The notes beneath the pieces are model-generated. The model was given only the letters and a program-made list of their open reading frames with translations. It was not told the DNA's origin and ran no database searches. Below, piece after piece: positions 1-16,007 of a stretch of 64,000 nt of DNA; within the stretch, counting starts at the first letter, position 1; each line of letters opens with the position of its first letter. Made by a program: the position numbers and the translations under genes. Origin of the DNA: Escherichia coli (GTDB lineage Bacteria > Pseudomonadota > Gammaproteobacteria > Enterobacterales > Enterobacteriaceae); the NCBI RefSeq assembly GCF_003334385.1, contig NZ_QOWN01000005.1; one strand, written 5' to 3'.

Positions 1-157
1 AATCGTGGGCATCAAAACGTTCGCCTTTCAGGGCAACAAACAGGCAGCCCGGCGTCAGTTTTCGGGTATCAGTGGTTACAGCATCAAGGGTGATATCTGC
101 ACCTTGCAGTTCACCGTTGAGAATGTCGGTAAGTTGGCTAAGGGTTACGCTAATCAT
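1..157 (-). CDS. murF: UDP-MurNAc-tripeptide--D-alanyl-D-alanine ligase MurF, 5' fragment (about 52 codons; remainder lies beyond window start)
   Basis: Reverse-strand translation from ATG at 155-157 reads [52 protein letters not shown]; ATGA start/stop overlap with murE; absent from ORF track because truncated by window edge. Confidence 0.85.
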   Translation of the reverse strand, partial: MISVTLSQLTDILNGELQGADITLDAVTTDTRKLTPGCLFVALKGERFDAHD

Positions 158-1641
158 GCAATCACCCCCAGCAGACGCGCCACCGTGACGCGATCGGAGT
201 AGTCCAGACGCTGATTGCCAACAATCTGGTAATCTTCATGGCCTTTGCCCGCGACCAGTACCACATCATTCTCTTTAGCCTGCATAACGGCGCAAGTCAC
301 CGCTTCAGCACGGCCTTCCATCACTTTGGCATGTCCGGCATCTAACATTCCCGCCAGAATATCGTTGATGATGGCACGCGGTTCTTCGGTACGCGGGTTA
401 TCGTCCGTCACCACCGCCACGTCAGCAAACTCTTCGGCAATTGCGCCCATCAGTGGACGCTTACCTTTATCGCGATCGCCACCACAGCCAAAGACACACC
501 ACAGCTTGCCCGCACAGTGCAGACGCGCCGCCTGTAAGGCTTTTTCCAGTGCATCCGGCGTATGCGCGTAATCCACCACCACCGTCGGTTTGCCTGGCGC
601 AGTGAACACTTCCATACGTCCGCAAACCGGTTGCAGACGCGCGGCGGTTTTCAGCAGATCAGCCAGTGGATAGCCGAGTGCCAACAGTGTCGCCAGCGCG
701 AGCAGCAGGTTGCTGACGTTAAAAGCGCCCATCAGATGGCTTTCAATTTCGCCATCGCCCCAACTTGAGCTAAAGCGAATCGTCGCACCGCTGTCGTGAT
801 AGTTCACTTCGGTCGCTTTCAACCAGCGTCCGTGACAGTTCGGATTAATATGATCTTCCATTGATACCGCAACCGCGTCCGGCAGTTTTGCCAGCCAGCG
901 GCGGCCCACTTCATCGTCGGCGTTAATAATCGCCTGACCGCAATGATGCTCAGAATAAAGCAGCCATTTCGCGGCTTCGTAGTGTTCCATATCACCATGA
1001 TAATCAAGGTGATCGCGGCTTAAGTTGGTAAAGACCGACGCCGCAAATTTCAATGCCGCCACACGGTGCTGTACCAGCCCGTGGGAGGAAACTTCCATTG
1101 CGCAAAACGTCGCGCCCTGATCCACCAGCCCCGCCAGCTCATGCTGAACATCGACTGCCGAACCGGTTGTATTTTCTGTCGGGATCACTTTCCCCAGCAG
1201 GCCGTTACCAACGGTGCCCATTACCGCGCTGGTTTCGCCAAGCAGTTGGCTCCACTGCGCCAACAGCTGGGTAGTCGTGGTTTTGCCGTTGGTGCCCGTT
1301 ACGCCCACGAGACGTAAATTGTCAGAGGGTTCATGGTAAAAGCGGCCCGCCAGTGCAGATAAACGCTCGTTGAGCTGGCTGAGATAGATGACCGGTACGC
1401 CGTGCATTTCACGGATTTCACCATCGGTCGCCTCATCTTTCGCCTCTGCAATAATGGCAGCCACACCTTGCGCTATCGCCTGCGGGATATATCGACGCCC
1501 GTCCGCCTGATGACCTACTACAGCTACAAAGAGATCGCCCGCCGCAGCCACACGGCTGTCGAGTGTCATCTCTCGCAGTGCTCGCGAAGGTGCGTCTGGC
1601 ACCCACGGAGCAAGAAGGTCGCGCAAATTACGATCTGCCAC
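154..1641 (-). CDS. murE: UDP-MurNAc-L-Ala-D-Glu--meso-diaminopimelate ligase
   Basis: 495-aa ORF starting [13 protein letters not shown], Mur ligase P-loop GTNGKTTT; dcw-cluster synteny. Confidence 0.95.
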
Positions 1642-3394
1642 CTGTCCCCTCGCCTTGATTAATCACAAATTCATTTTTATCGCCCGTTGTCAGCGCATCC
1701 GGCTCGATGTTCATGGTACGCAATACGCCGCCCATGATGGCACCAAAGACCGGCGCGGAAACGGCGCCGCCGTAGTATTTACCCGCCTGCGGATCGTTGA
1801 TAACAACAACCAGCGCGAAGCGCGGCTGACTCGCAGGCGCAACGCCTGCGGTATAAGCAATATATTTATTGATGTAGCGACCGTCCGGCCCGACCTTTTT
1901 CGCGGTACCGGTTTTAATGGCGATACGATAGCCTTTAATCGCCGCCTTCACGCCGCCGCCGCCTGGTAGCGCCACGCTTTCCATCATATGCACCACAGTG
2001 CGGACAATGGATTCCGGGAAGACACGTTCACCGGGAACCGGGGGGTCAACTTTGGTAATCGACAGTGGGCGATAAATGCCGTAGCTGCCGATAGTTGCGT
2101 AGACTCGCGCTAACTGTAATGGTGTTACCATTAGCCCGTAGCCGAAAGAGAAGGTGGCCCTCTCTATGTCAGACCACCGTTGTTTTTGAGGATATAAGCC
2201 ACTGCGTTCTCCGACCAACCCCAAATTGGTCGCTTTTCCCAGTCCAAAACGTGAGTAAGTATCTACTAACGCTGAGGACGGCATCGCTAACGCCAGCTTG
2301 GAAACACCGACGTTACTCGACTTCTGTAATACCCCGGTCAGGGTTAATTCGCTGTAGCGTGCCACGTCTTTGATTTCGTGGCCGTTAATTCGATAAGGAA
2401 TGGTATTGAGTACCGAGTTTTCCCGCACCACGCCACGTTGCAACGCGGTCATTACCACCATCGGTTTAACCGTTGAGCCCGGTTCAAACACGTCGGTGAT
2501 GGTACGGTTACGCATCGCCTCTTTCGGCGTGCCGCTCAGATTGTTAGGGTTGTATGACGGGCTGTTAGCCATCGCCAGCACTTCACCGGTGTTGACATCC
2601 ACCAGCACGGCGCTACCAGATTCAGCCTTGTTAAAGGCCACCGCGTTGTTCAGTTCGCGATAAACCAGCGCCTGCAGGCGTTCATCAATACTCAGCGCCA
2701 GGTTGTGCGCTGCCTGGCTGTCAGTAGAAGAAATATCTTCAATTACGCGACCATAGCGGTCTTTACGCACAATGCGCTCACCCGGCTGCCCGGTAAGCCA
2801 TTTATCGAAACTCTTCTCAACGCCCTCAATCCCTTGACTATCGACGTTAGTAAAGCCGATGAGGTGAGCAGTCACTTCGCCGGACGGATAGTAACGGCGA
2901 GACTCTTCACGCAGATGAATCCCCGGCAGTTTCAGTTTTTTGATGTAGTCCGCCATGTCAGGGTTCACCTGACGCGCCAGATAAATAAAGCGCCCTTTCG
3001 GGTTGGCGTTAATGCGGGCTGAAAGCTGATCCAGCGGAATATTGAGCGCGTTAGCCAGCGCCTTCCAGCGGTCACCGACGCTGATACCGCCAGCGTCATG
3101 CACTTCTTTCGGGTCAGCCCAAATCGCTTTTACCGGCACGCTCACCGCTAACGGGCGACCAGAACGGTCAGTAATCATGCCGCGGGAGGTGGAAACTTGC
3201 TGAACGCGAAGAGAACGCATGTCGCCCTCTTTCACCAGCATATCCGGGGAGATAACTTGTAACCACGCTACGCGTCCGAGCAGAAAAGCCAGCGCCAGGA
3301 GAATACAGCCGCATAACAACGCAAAACGCCAACTGATAAAGTTGGCATGTTCTTCCTGACGTTTTGGTTTCTGCGTTTTCGCCGCTGCTTTCAT
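1628..3394 (-). CDS. ftsI: Peptidoglycan D,D-transpeptidase FtsI (PBP3)
   Basis: 588-aa ORF; N-terminal membrane anchor; penicillin-binding motifs STVK, SSN, KTGT visible in translation; 14-nt overlap with murE start. Confidence 0.95.
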
Positions 3395-3409
3395 GCGTCG
3401 CGTTTATCC

Positions 3410-3775
3410 TTATTTTTGCACTACGATATTTTCTTGTGACGGATCAACATGCTGCATTTGCAGCTTTTCCGTGGCGATCCTTTCCACCCGGCTATGGTCG
3501 CCGAGCGCATTCTCTTCAAGGATCAGGTTGCGCCATTCAATGTCTAAAGCATCTCGCTCCAGCACCAGTTGTTCGCGCTGAGCGGTCAGTAAACGGGTAT
3601 GGTGCGCCGTGGTTACCACAGTCACCGCCGTCAAAATAATGCAAATGAACAGGCAGAGTGGCAGCTTCCCAAATCGCAAAAGATCGTCACCGATAACACC
3701 AGGCAATGCATGGCGCTCGTGGCTTCCCATCGATCCTTTAACTTTGCTTAGAGCTTCTGTCACTCTGCTGATCAT
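3410..3775 (-). CDS. ftsL: Cell division protein FtsL
   Basis: 121-aa [15 protein letters not shown]..., single TM segment, position between rsmH and ftsI. Confidence 0.93.
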
Positions 3776-4713
3776 GCATTCGTCCTCTCTGCAATACGCA
3801 GAACTGAACTACGGGCACGAGGGTTCTCAGCCACCTCTTCTTCGCCCGGCATTAACTTGCCTAGTGCTCGCAGCTGACGGCCACCCAGTTTTTTGAGCTG
3901 CTCTTCAGTCATCGGTAACCCTGCCGGAACTTGCGGACCGCGGCTGTTTTCACGCATAAAACGTTTCACAATACGGTCTTCCAGCGAGTGGAAGCTGATG
4001 ATCGAAAGCCGCCCACCCGGGGCCAGCACGTTGAGCGAGCTTTTTAGCGCCTGCTCTATCTCCTCCAGTTCACTGTTTACCCAAATGCGCACCGCCTGGA
4101 AGGTACGGGTCGCGGGATGTTTAAACTTATCTTTCACCGGCGTTGCAGCAGCCACGACTTCCGCCAGTTCTTTGGTGCGGGTCATCGGCTGTTCGCGGTT
4201 ACGCTCGACAATGGCGCGGGCAATGCGTTTGGCAAAACGCTCTTCACCATAGGTTTTCAATACCCAGGCGATATCGGCTTCTTCTGCGGTTTGTAGCCAT
4301 TCAGCGGCTGACTGCCCACGGGTTGGGTCCATACGCATGTCCAGCGGACCATCGCGCATAAAGGAAAAGCCACGTTCAGCATCATCAAGTTGCGGTGAAG
4401 AGACGCCAAGATCGAGGAGAATGCCGTCGATCTTGCCGATAAGATCGCGCTCGGCAACGTATTCGCCCAGCGCGGAGAAAGGTCCGTGGATGATGGAGAA
4501 GCGCGGATCATCAATAGTCTTCGCAACGGCGATAGCCTGCGGGTCGCGATCGATCGCCAGCAAACGCCCCTCTTCGCCAAGCTGCGAGAGGATCAGACGT
4601 GAGTGACCACCGCGACCAAAAGTCCCATCAATGTAGATGCCATCAGGACGGATATTGAGGCCATTAACGGCTTCATCCAGCAGCACCGTAGTATGTTTAT
4701 AGTTTTCCATCAT
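3772..4713 (-). CDS. rsmH: 16S rRNA m4C1402 methyltransferase RsmH (MraW)
   Basis: ORF track frame 3772..4842; annotated 313-aa protein begins at internal [18 protein letters not shown]; SAM-MTase motif DGTFGRGGH. Confidence 0.9.
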
Positions 4714-4714
4714 T

Positions 4715-5173
4715 TTATAGAGACAAGTCCTGCAGTCGCTCCGATAAGTCTCCGGTAGCCAACTGCTCTGCGTCGATATCTTCCTTGACCTGTTGATGCC
4801 AGGTTGTTTCATCCCACAGCTCAAACTTGTTGAACTGTCCAACCAGCATCACTTCTTTTGTCAGCCCGGCATGTTGCCGCAGTACTGGCGCGATTAACAA
4901 TCGACCTGCGCCATCCATCTGACATTCGCTGGCATGACCTAACAGTAGGCGCTGCACACGGCGCTCAACCGGGTTCATGCTCGACAGACGCGATAATTTT
5001 TGCTCGATAATTTCCCATTCAGGCAGGGGGTAAAGCAGCAGGCACGGGTGATAAATGTCAATGGTGCAAACCATTTGACCGGCAGCGTTCTCAAGCAGCT
5101 GTTCCCGATAACGGGTAGGCACTGATAAGCGCCCTTTGCTGTCGAGATTGACTAACGTTGCTCCCCGGAACAT
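4715..5173 (-). CDS. mraZ: Transcriptional regulator MraZ
   Basis: ORF track frame 4715..5209; 152-aa protein from [19 protein letters not shown]; first gene of dcw cluster. Confidence 0.9.
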
Positions 5174-5192
5174 GCCAGCCTCACCCCTTATT

Positions 5193-5217
5193 CCCACTTT
5201 GCCCCACAATTTCCCAC
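5193..5217 (-). promoter_or_regulatory. Three GTGGG direct repeats at 10-bp spacing in mraZ leader (MraZ operator / Pmra region)
   Basis: Minus-strand reading GTGGGaaattGTGGGgcaaaGTGGGaataagGGGTGAGG just upstream of mraZ ATG; plus-strand CCCAC at 5193-5197, 5203-5207, 5213-5217. Confidence 0.6.
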
Positions 5218-5774
5218 TGAAAGGAGTTTACGGAGCTGAGGAAAAGCTTGTCAAGCCAGTCACAAGGCATACCGAGGTAAAAAACCCGATGTTTACGGCT
5301 AATATCAGCGTTGTTTATTTTACGTCCAACGCGCGAAGCAAATTAACGTTATGAATAGCTGTAAGAAAAAATCCCTCATCGTCATCACCGTTTTAAAATG
5401 ACTCACTATTTTCCACAGCAAATATAAAGTGTCAGTTTGCGACGCGAGCGGCATTTTAGGACATATCTTCCCCGGTTAACAGTCCTTGTTACGTCTGTGT
5501 GGCGCTTGATGCCAGCGGGTTTGCGCAAAAGCAAAGAAAAGTGTTTGTTAAATCGGCAATTCATCGCCGCATGTAACAAAATAATGCAAAAACGCGCTGT
5601 CGATATCACTTAATTATTGTGAATTTCAGCTGGTGAGTTAATTAACGGGCGGGTTTAAAAGCATTTATCAATAATAGTCAGGAATAGTCTTATTTACTTT
5701 AAGCATATTGATGTCCAGTCCCGTACTCTACGCGCCAGAGGGAAATTCACCTGGCGCGTATTTTTGTTCGCGGC

Positions 5775-6779
5775 TTAGCTACGGCTGAGCACGCCGCGGC
5801 GATAGAGATTACGTTTAATGCGCGTTAAACCAGGTTTTGGCTTACGCGGTTCGTCCAGGCTTGCCAGGACAATCTCCAGCACACGCTCTGCGACATCGCG
5901 GTGACGTTGAGCCACTGCCAGCACCGGACACTGTAAGAAGTCGAGCAGTTCGTTATCGCCAAAGGTGGCAATTGCCAGGTCAGAAGGCAGTTTGCCGTCG
6001 CGACGCAGCGTGACATCCATCACTCCTTGCAACAACGCAAACGACGTTGTGAACAGCGCCTGCGGCATCGGATGCGTTTCCAGCCATTTTTCGAATAACT
6101 GGGCAGCCGCCTCCCGCTCATAGCTGTTGGCATACAGGAAATGCACTTCGCGCGGATCATCTTTCCAGGCAGTACGGAAACCTTGTTCACGCAGGAAGCT
6201 GACAGAAAGCTCCGGTAGCGCACCAAGATAAAGCACCGTCTCGGCGGGAAACTTACGTAACTCTTCCGCCAGCATTTCGGCATCATCCTGATCGGCACCA
6301 ACCACGCTGGTGAAGTGTTCACGATCGAGGGCGCGGTCCAGCGCGACAATCGGGAACGGGTCGTTAGCCCAGCGTTGATAAAAAGGATGCTCAGGAGGCA
6401 ACGACGTCGAAACAATAATGGCATCAACCTGACGCTGTAAAAGGTGCTCAATGCACCGCATTTCGTTGTCTGGCTGATCTTCTGAGCAGGCAATCAGCAG
6501 TTGATAACCCCGTTGCCGCGCTTGGCGTTCAAGATAGTTAGCGATGCGGGTATAGCTGGTGTTCTCCAGATCGGGGATCACAAGACCAATAGAACGTGTG
6601 CGTCCAGCACGAAGCCCAGCTGCCACGGCGTTCGGGTGGTAATTGTGCTCACGCACCACAGCCATGACTTTTTCAACGGTTTTGTCGCTCACACGGTATT
6701 GCTTCGCTTTGCCGTTAATAACATAGCTTGCAGTGGTCCGCGACACTCCCGCCAGCCGAGCGATTTCATCCAGTTTCAC
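5775..6779 (-). CDS. cra: Catabolite repressor/activator Cra (FruR), LacI family
   Basis: 334-aa [28 protein letters not shown] (LacI-type HTH) followed by periplasmic-binding-like effector domain. Confidence 0.95.
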   Translation of the reverse strand: MKLDEIARLAGVSRTTASYVINGKAKQYRVSDKTVEKVMAVVREHNYHPNAVAAGLRAGRTRSIGLVIPDLENTSYTRIANYLERQARQRGYQLLIACSEDQPDNEMRCIEHLLQRQVDAIIVSTSLPPEHPFYQRWANDPFPIVALDRALDREHFTSVVGADQDDAEMLAEELRKFPAETVLYLGALPELSVSFLREQGFRTAWKDDPREVHFLYANSYEREAAAQLFEKWLETHPMPQALFTTSFALLQGVMDVTLRRDGKLPSDLAIATFGDNELLDFLQCPVLAVAQRHRDVAERVLEIVLASLDEPRKPKPGLTRIKRNLYRRGVLSRS

Positions 6780-6958
6780 AATTGCCCCTTGCGTAAAATG
6801 TAAAAACCATAGCCATTGTACTGGTATGGGTTAAATTCATTAACATCTAAGCGCAGAAAATTAACTGCGGCAACTGCTTTTATTCCAGGTTCCCACTGAT
6901 TTCGCAAAAAAAGCCCAACGTGACATGTTGGGCTGTAAATTGCGCATTGAGATCATTC

Positions 6959-7450
6959 TCAACGCATTATTTTATCGCCGCGCGAAAGTCCGACCACACC
7001 AGAGCGAGCAACCTCCACAATTTTCGCCACATCGCGAATCGATGCTAAAAATGCATCAAGCTTACCGCTGGTGCCTGCTAATTGAACGGTATAAAGCGAG
7101 GGTGTGACATCGATAATTTGCCCACGGAATATTTCCGTATTACGTTTCACTTCGTCACGCCCGTAACCGCTGGCCTGAATTTTCACCAGCATGATTTCCC
7201 GCTCAACATGCGCGCCCTGCCCCAACTCACTCACGCGCAAGACATCGACCAGTTTGTGTAATTGCTTTTCGATCTGCTCAAGTACTTTTTCATCGCCCAC
7301 GGTCTGGATGGTCATACGCGATAATGTCGGATCGTCGGTTGGCGCAACGGTCAGGCTTTCAATGTTGTAGCCACGCTGGGAAAAAAGGCCAATCACGCGG
7401 GATAACGCGCCTGATTCATTTTCGAGTAAGACTGATAATATCCGGCGCAT
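6959..7450 (-). CDS. ilvH: Acetolactate synthase III small (regulatory) subunit
   Basis: ORF track frame 6959..7480; 163-aa protein from [19 protein letters not shown] (ACT domain); 2-nt gap after ilvI. Confidence 0.93.
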
Positions 7451-7452
7451 AA

Positions 7453-9177
7453 TCAGGTTCTCTCCGTTTTGCTTAACCACATTTCATCCATTCCGCCCCC
7501 GCGAATCTGCATCGGGTAGACGTGCTCGCTGCCATCGACGGTAACATCAACAAACACCAGGCGATTATTGCGCACCTGTTCCAGCGCCTCGCTAAGTTTG
7601 CTTTCCAGCTCATGCGGATGAGAAATCTGGATCCCGACATGCCCATAGGCTTCCGCCAGACGGACGAAATCGGGTAGCGATTGCATATAAGATTGTGAAT
7701 GACGGCCGGAATAGATCATGTCCTGCCACTGCTTCACCATCCCCAGATAGCGGTTATTGAGATTCACCACCAGTACGGGCAACTCGTATTGCAACGCGGT
7801 AGACAGTTCCTGGATGTTCATCTGAATACTGCCGTCGCCAGTGACGCAAACCACGGTTTCTTCTGGCAACGCCATTTTGACGCCCAGTGCCGCAGGTAAA
7901 CCAAAACCCATCGTGCCGAGGCCACCGGAATTGATCCAGCGACGCGGTTTGTCGAATGGATAATAAAGTGCAGCAAACATCTGGTGCTGCCCGACATCGG
8001 ACGTCACGTAAGCGTCTCCCTTCGTCAACCGCCAAAGAGTCTCGATCACCGCCTGCGGTTTAATCTTTTCACTGTGAGTGTCATATTTCAGGCACTGACG
8101 AGCGCGCCACTGTTCAATTTGCTGCCACCAGTCGCGGATCTCATCCAGTGGTTGATGGGCGGATTCTTGCGACAAGAGTTCAAGCATTTGTTCGAGGACC
8201 TGGCGAGCATCCCCCACAATCGGGATATCCGCAGTCACGGTTTTAGAAATGGAAGTAGGATCAATATCGATATGCAGAACAGTGGCATTTGGGCAGTACT
8301 TTGCCAGATTGTTCGTCGTTCGGTCATCAAATCGTACCCCGACGGCGAAAATCACATCCGCGTTATGCATCGTCATATTGGCTTCGTAGGTACCGTGCAT
8401 TCCCAGCATGCCCAGTGCCTGACGATGCGTTGCCGGAAACGCCCCCAGCCCCATCAATGAGCAAACAACGGGCAGATTCAACGCCTCCACCGTTTCTTTC
8501 AACTGCTGATGGCAGCCCGCCGTGATTGCCCCACCGCCTACGTAGACAACCGGTTTTTTTGCCGCTACCAGCGTTTGCAGAGCACGCTTAATTTGCCCTT
8601 TATGTCCGGTAGTAGTGGGATTGTAAGAACGCATACTGACCGACTCCGGCCAGACATAGGGTAATTTGTTCGCCGGATTAAGAATATCTTTCGGTAAATC
8701 AACGACTACTGGTCCTGGGCGACCACTTGCCGCCAGCCAGAAAGCCTTTTTCAGCACCTGCGGAATGTCTTCCGTTTGCTTAACCAGAAAACTGTGTTTA
8801 ACCACCGGTCGCGAAATCCCCACCATGTCGCACTCCTGAAAGGCATCGTAACCTATCAACGAGGTCGCTACCTGCCCGGAAAGGACAACTAATGGAATGG
8901 AATCCATATAAGCGGTGGCGATGCCAGTAATCGCATTGGTCGCCCCTGGACCCGACGTTACCAGCACGACGCCGACTTCCCCGGTCGCGCGCGCCAGGCC
9001 ATCGGCCATATGCACCGCCGCCTGCTCATGACGAACTAATACATGATCAATACCACCCACGGTATGCAATGCATCATAAATATCAAGGACTGCGCCTCCG
9101 GGATAACCGAATACTTGTTTAACGCCCTGATCGATAAGCGATCGGACGACCATCTCGGCTCCAGACAACATCTCCAT
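7453..9177 (-). CDS. ilvI: Acetolactate synthase III large subunit
   Basis: ORF track frame 7453..9267; 574-aa protein from [28 protein letters not shown]; TPP-binding motif GDGS visible. Confidence 0.93.
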   Translation of the reverse strand: MEMLSGAEMVVRSLIDQGVKQVFGYPGGAVLDIYDALHTVGGIDHVLVRHEQAAVHMADGLARATGEVGVVLVTSGPGATNAITGIATAYMDSIPLVVLSGQVATSLIGYDAFQECDMVGISRPVVKHSFLVKQTEDIPQVLKKAFWLAASGRPGPVVVDLPKDILNPANKLPYVWPESVSMRSYNPTTTGHKGQIKRALQTLVAAKKPVVYVGGGAITAGCHQQLKETVEALNLPVVCSLMGLGAFPATHRQALGMLGMHGTYEANMTMHNADVIFAVGVRFDDRTTNNLAKYCPNATVLHIDIDPTSISKTVTADIPIVGDARQVLEQMLELLSQESAHQPLDEIRDWWQQIEQWRARQCLKYDTHSEKIKPQAVIETLWRLTKGDAYVTSDVGQHQMFAALYYPFDKPRRWINSGGLGTMGFGLPAALGVKMALPEETVVCVTGDGSIQMNIQELSTALQYELPVLVVNLNNRYLGMVKQWQDMIYSGRHSQSYMQSLPDFVRLAEAYGHVGIQISHPHELESKLSEALEQVRNNRLVFVDVTVDGSEHVYPMQIRGGGMDEMWLSKTERT

Positions 9178-9494
9178 GGCCTGCCTCACTGTTTGACGGA
9201 AAAAATGTGTAAAACACATTAACCGTCCGATCTTGCTTAAGCAATTGGCAGCCAGAGACATAAACACGGGGTAATAAGAATAAACAGGAGGAAAGGTGAA
9301 AAGAAACGATAAAATCCTCCATTACAGAGGATTAAATTGATAATAAATCGGCTGAATCCCACAACTTACAGCAATTTCTCTATTTTTTTAATTAATCCTA
9401 AAATAGAGAGCCCACACATTCAGAATAAAATTCTACATTCAATAAAAAATGCAGAATAAACCAGACATTCATGTCTGACCTATTCTGCAATCAG
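9178..9494 (-). promoter_or_regulatory. ilvIH promoter/upstream control region with Lrp-type AT-rich sites
   Basis: AT-rich non-coding spacer upstream of ilvI; repeated motif gcagaata at 9421-9429, 9452-9460 and inverted at 9481-9489; cagaataaaattctac resembles Lrp consensus; site assignment from established knowledge. Confidence 0.5.
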
Positions 9495-10439
9495 TTAGCG
9501 TTTGCAAATTGAGACTAATTGCTCTTCCATCCACTGATGGCCTTTATCGCGCCCGGCAGCTTCATGCCAGGAGAGATAACAGGTTCTGCTGTTTTGTTTT
9601 AACGGCAGCGGTAATACCTGTAATTCTAAGGATTCAGCGAACTCTTCAGCCAGCCAACGCGGCGCAATAGCGACCAAATGCGTTTGCGACACCACGCTAA
9701 GTACGCTCATCATTGCCATGCCCTGATACGCGATACTGGCTTGCTTATCTACCGTGTCATACCAAGGTTGACTAAATGACGCGAAACGATCGAGCGAAAC
9801 CGCCGCATGTTGTTCGTTATAAACATCATGTTTCAGTAACGGGCCCTTAATTGTTGGATGATTTTTGCTGGCTACCAGCACCATTTCATCTTTAAATAAT
9901 GGTACGCTGGTAAATTCAGGACGATGGAAGTCTTCATAACTAATCACAAACTCCGTTTCCTGATAACGCAGCTGATGTTCAGTGTTCTGATTTAATGAAG
10001 ACTTGAACATAACATGTATATTTGGCGCAATCTGCTCAATGTGATTATAAATCTGCGAGGTCAGAATGCTGTCTAACGGGCTGCAAACACAAAGATGAAA
10101 TACACGTTCACTGCTCGCGGGTTCAAAACCTGAACCAGGCAATTCATTTTGTACTAGTTGCAATGCCTGACGAACTGAACCAAAAAGTTGAAATGCGCGA
10201 GCAGTCGGTTGAATACCACGGCCATAACGAACAAAAAGCTCGTCATTAAACATCACCTTCAGGCGTGCAACAGCGTTACTGACCGCAGGTTGCGACATTC
10301 CCAGAACATGAGCGGCACGAGTAATGTTTTGCTCCTGCATCACGGCATCGAAAACGGTTAATAAGTTGAGATCGACCATGCGTAGCTGTGGTTTGCTTAA
10401 CTCCGCCGTCTCTGGATGATCTGTTTGTACCTCTGGCAT
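9495..10439 (-). CDS. leuO: LysR-family transcriptional regulator LeuO
   Basis: ORF track frame 9495..10616; 314-aa protein from [33 protein letters not shown] (LysR HTH). Confidence 0.9.
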   Translation of the reverse strand: MPEVQTDHPETAELSKPQLRMVDLNLLTVFDAVMQEQNITRAAHVLGMSQPAVSNAVARLKVMFNDELFVRYGRGIQPTARAFQLFGSVRQALQLVQNELPGSGFEPASSERVFHLCVCSPLDSILTSQIYNHIEQIAPNIHVMFKSSLNQNTEHQLRYQETEFVISYEDFHRPEFTSVPLFKDEMVLVASKNHPTIKGPLLKHDVYNEQHAAVSLDRFASFSQPWYDTVDKQASIAYQGMAMMSVLSVVSQTHLVAIAPRWLAEEFAESLELQVLPLPLKQNSRTCYLSWHEAAGRDKGHQWMEEQLVSICKR

Positions 10440-11098
10440 ACTTAACTCCACTGTCACACTTAACTCCCTTTCCCTTATTGGAATGCAGAGAAATAATCCT
10501 GAAGAATATGATTTATCATGCATATAAAATAAGAAAAAGCAAAATGAGTAAAATTCGGAAAACATAAAGATACGGGTTCTGATAAAAACAGAATCCATTG
10601 CCGTGGAATGAGTCATTTACCACAGCATAATAATCCATAATATTTTTGTTGCGAAAACAATCTAATCATAACTACCGCGAATACTCAATCATCTACAAAA
10701 TGGATTAAATGTGCTTATTTAATAATTAATTTATATATTTAATGCATTAATTCTTAACATTAATTGATCAATAATATTCACCAAATCAATATCAAAAAAA
10801 ATCGCAAAACATATAATTCAATACAAATCATCAGGATAGGTTTTGCAACGCGTGCATTTTGTCCCCTTTTTCCTCGTTGATTAGATGCAAAAATTTATGC
10901 TGAAATATGTCAACCGATGAAAAGCGTCGGTAGTTAAGCAGAAATTAATATCGCTTACTTTAACCACCGCAGCACAATTAGCTAATTTTACGGATGCAGA
11001 ACTCACGCTGGCGGGACGTTTTTATTGCGTCAGGGTTGACATCCGTTTTTGTATCCAGTAACTCTAAAAGCATATCGCATTCATCTGGAGCTGATTTA
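10440..11098. promoter_or_regulatory. leuO-leuL divergent intergenic region, strongly AT-rich (probable H-NS-bound silencing/promoter-relay region)
   Basis: 659-bp non-coding block; 10680-10860 is almost pure A/T (ttaataattaatttatatatttaatgcattaattcttaacattaattgatcaataatattc); role inferred from established knowledge. Confidence 0.5.
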
Positions 11099-11185
11099 AT
11101 GACTCACATCGTTCGCTTTATCGGTCTACTACTACTAAACGCATCTTCTTTGCGCGGTAGACGAGTGAGCGGCATCCAGCATTAA
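11099..11185 (+). CDS. leuL: leu operon leader peptide (28 aa) with four consecutive Leu codons
   Basis: ATG ACT CAC ATC GTT CGC TTT ATC GGT CTA CTA CTA CTA AAC ... = [28 protein letters not shown], stop TAA 11183-11185. Confidence 0.9.
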
Positions 11186-11208
11186 GCCAGCACGCAGTCA
11201 AACAAAAA

Positions 11209-11236
11209 ACCCGCGCCATTGCGCGGGTTTTTTTAT
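11209..11236 (+). terminator. leu attenuator intrinsic terminator
   Basis: acccgcgc-catt-gcgcgggt hairpin followed by T7 run, between leuL and leuA. Confidence 0.8.
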
Positions 11237-11277
11237 GCCCGAAGCGAGGCGCTCTAAAAGAGACAAGGACCCAAACC

Positions 11278-13940
<2,663 letters not shown>

Positions 13941-13942
13941 TC

Positions 13943-15959
<2,017 letters not shown>

Positions 15960-15966
15960 TCCCCTT

Positions 15967-15990
15967 GCCCGGTCAAATGACCGGGCTTTC
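15967..15990. terminator. Hairpin between convergent leuD and setA (probable terminator)
   Basis: gcccggtc-aaat-gaccgggc perfect 8-bp stem followed by tttc on plus strand. Confidence 0.55.
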
Positions 15991-16007
15991 CGCTATCGTC
16001 CACGTCA

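Noticed and set aside
5-202. 65-aa plus-strand ORF at window start
   Set aside because: Lies antisense to the murF 5' coding region and the murE 3' end; no RBS; typical spurious antisense frame
5406-5609. 67-codon ORF in the mraZ-cra spacer
   Set aside because: No convincing RBS, Cys/Arg-rich low-complexity translation; kept only as a remark in the mraZ leader finding
5731-5767. Hairpin acgcgccag-N12-ctggcgcgt with T-run downstream of cra
   Set aside because: The T-tract is on the plus strand while cra is on the minus strand, so it is not a canonical cra terminator; not enough evidence to assign function
9495-10616. Extended 373-aa version of leuO (and similar N-terminal extensions for rsmH 3772..4842, ilvI to 9267, folA to 45290, kefC to 47305, fixA to 52638, caiF to 60907, sgrR from 17487)
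   Set aside because: ORF track takes the most upstream ATG/GTG/TTG; the recognised protein N-termini begin at internal start codons with better RBS spacing, and the extensions overlap upstream genes or promoters
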